Positions 62,315 to 64,000 of a DNA stretch of 64,000 bases are shown here, one piece after another. The position numbers were made by a program, and so were the translations under genes. The notes beneath the pieces are model-generated. The model made no database searches. It was not told the origin of the DNA and saw only the letters and a program-made list of their open reading frames with translations. Origin of the DNA: Sphyrna mokarran. Its lineage: Eukaryota. The stretch is from contig JAGIQG010000038.1 of assembly GCA_024679065.1 (NCBI GenBank), positions 8,060,001-8,124,000 of the forward strand. Direction: 5' to 3'. Position 1 is the first letter of the stretch. Every line of letters begins with the position of its first letter.

Positions 62315-62994
62315 GTAAATTTAGAAATTTGCTATGTGTCCTAGTGTCCAAATTAACAGGAAACATCCACAGTTTTGAGTCCAGGAAAATAATGAGTTAT
62401 GAGTTAGAGACGTGTGGTAAGTGTTGAATTAAGCACAACTATACAATGGAAGAAGACAAAGAGCATATGGGGCACAGCAAATTATGAGCTTAAATGTTTT
62501 TATTTCAAATAAATATGAAAATCCACATTTCAAGTTGCAGTGGACATTTTAAAATGTTGTTACTTTCAATTTCAGGAAAACACTTTAATCTCCGAACTTC
62601 TGTAGATCAGAACTCCATAATTTAAGGATGTAGCTTTGTTTAGAGGTTGTAGTCAATGCAGGAAGTGGCCATAGATATGTACAGAAACATGAGCAAACAA
62701 CTCACCAGAAAATAAAATGAAAACTAAGCAAGGAAGCATCTTCTCCAGACTATCTAAGGTTACCCCATTGAAGGCTGTTTAGAGCAGGCTAAATGTCAGA
62801 CTGACACTAGATATGAACAAATGAGTTTTAAGAGCGTACCGAAGGAAAAATGTGAAGGATTGTCTCAGGAACCATGACATGCATGACCATGACAATGAAG
62901 CCAGATCTCTCTCTAAACTAAAAGTGAAATACTTTAAATGCCGGAAATTTGAAATAAAAACAGAAAGTGCTGGAAAAAGTCAGTGGATTTGTTT

Positions 62995-63440
62995 TTTTCA
63001 TTTACAGGATGTGGGCTTTGCTGGCCAGGCCAACATTTATTGGTCAACCTTTACTGCCCTAGAGAAGGTGTTTGTGAGCTGCCTTCTTGAATTGCTGCAT
63101 TCCATATAGTGTCATAGGTACATCCACGGTGCTGTGAGGGAGGGATTTTGACTCAGTGACAGTGAAGGAACAGTGATATATTTCCAAACTTGCAAGTGGT
63201 GGCGTTCCCATGTATTTGCTGCCTTTGTCCTAGACAGTAGAATGTTTTGAAGGTATTGTCTAAGAAGCCATGCAGAGCATCTTGCAGATGATTCATACTG
63301 CTGCTATTGTGGTGGAGGGAATGAATGATTGCGGATGGGGTGTCAATCAAGCAGGCTGCTCTGTCCTGGACGTCTCAAGTTTCTTTAGTGTTGTTGGAGC
63401 TGCACTCAAGCAGGCAAGTGGAAAATATTCCATCACAGTC
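62995..63440 (-). mobile_element. 3' end of the LINE family seen at 13790-15615
   Basis: ggatgtgggctttgctggccaggccaacatttattg..gagaaggtgtttgtgagctgccttcttgaa...gttggagctgcactc. Confidence 0.7.
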
Positions 63441-63820
63441 ATAGAGTCAAAGAGGTTTAAAGCATGGAAGTAGGCCTTTTGGCTCAACTTATCCATGCTG
63501 CCTTTTTTTTAACCATTAAGCTGGTCCCAATTGCCTGCATTTGGTCCATATCCCTCCACATTCATCTTACCCATACAACTGTCTAAGTGCTTTTTAAAAG
63601 ACAAAATTGCACCCGCCTCAACTACAACCTTTGGCAACTTGTTCCAGACACTCACCACCCTCTGTTTGTAAAAACTGCCCCTCTGGACCCTTTTGTATCT
63701 CTCCCTTCTGACCTTAAACTTATGCCCTCTAGTTTTAGTCTCCCCTACCTTTGGGAAAAGATATTTACCTTTTCTATGCCCCTCATTATTTTATAGACTA
63801 CAATAAGATCATCCCTCATC
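63440..63820 (-). mobile_element. CR1 3' end, same family as 1062-2240
   Basis: ccttaaacttatgccctctagttttag (reverse of KTRGHKFK), tgcttttaaaagacaaaattgcacc. Confidence 0.75.
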
Positions 63821-64000
63821 AGTTAGCAGAGTTAAACTTTTCAACTTCAATATGACTCTTCTTCAGAAGTTCCAAAGAAGAGTTATTTTGGACTTGAAAT
63901 GTTAACCTTTCTCTCTCCACAGATGCTGCTAGACCTGCCGAGTTTTTCAAGCACTTACTGTTTTTAATTCCAGTTTACTCTCTGCTCTGCTCAACTACAA

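Overview
This is AT-rich, repeat-dense vertebrate genomic DNA. The HE1/V-SINE, DeuSINE-like, CR1, L2, RTE and Penelope repeats point to a cartilaginous fish (shark). Two protein-coding genes lie head to head around a GC/CpG-enriched promoter at about 50.9-51.5 kb. On the minus strand is CSRNP2: a putative non-coding first exon at about 50940-50532, a candidate uORF-bearing 5'UTR exon at 21626-21538, and coding exons 21455-21296, 10769-10510 and 5869-5573. Its last exon lies outside the window to the left. On the plus strand is a FAM186-family gene with coding exons 51463-51603, 58365-58575 and 62120-62314, continuing to the right. The rest is intron filled with retroelements and three tandem repeats. 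The most unusual signals are: (1) fold-back Penelope-derived elements carrying minimal hammerhead-ribozyme motifs, two of them co-oriented in one CSRNP2 intron where they could form a dimeric ribozyme; (2) a two-uORF 5'UTR exon abutting a SINE tail; (3) a V-SINE variant with a non-tRNA head present as two inverted copies; (4) an RTE element with its RT core deleted. All calls were made by eye with no database search, so repeat boundaries are approximate and family names rest on recalled consensus sequences.
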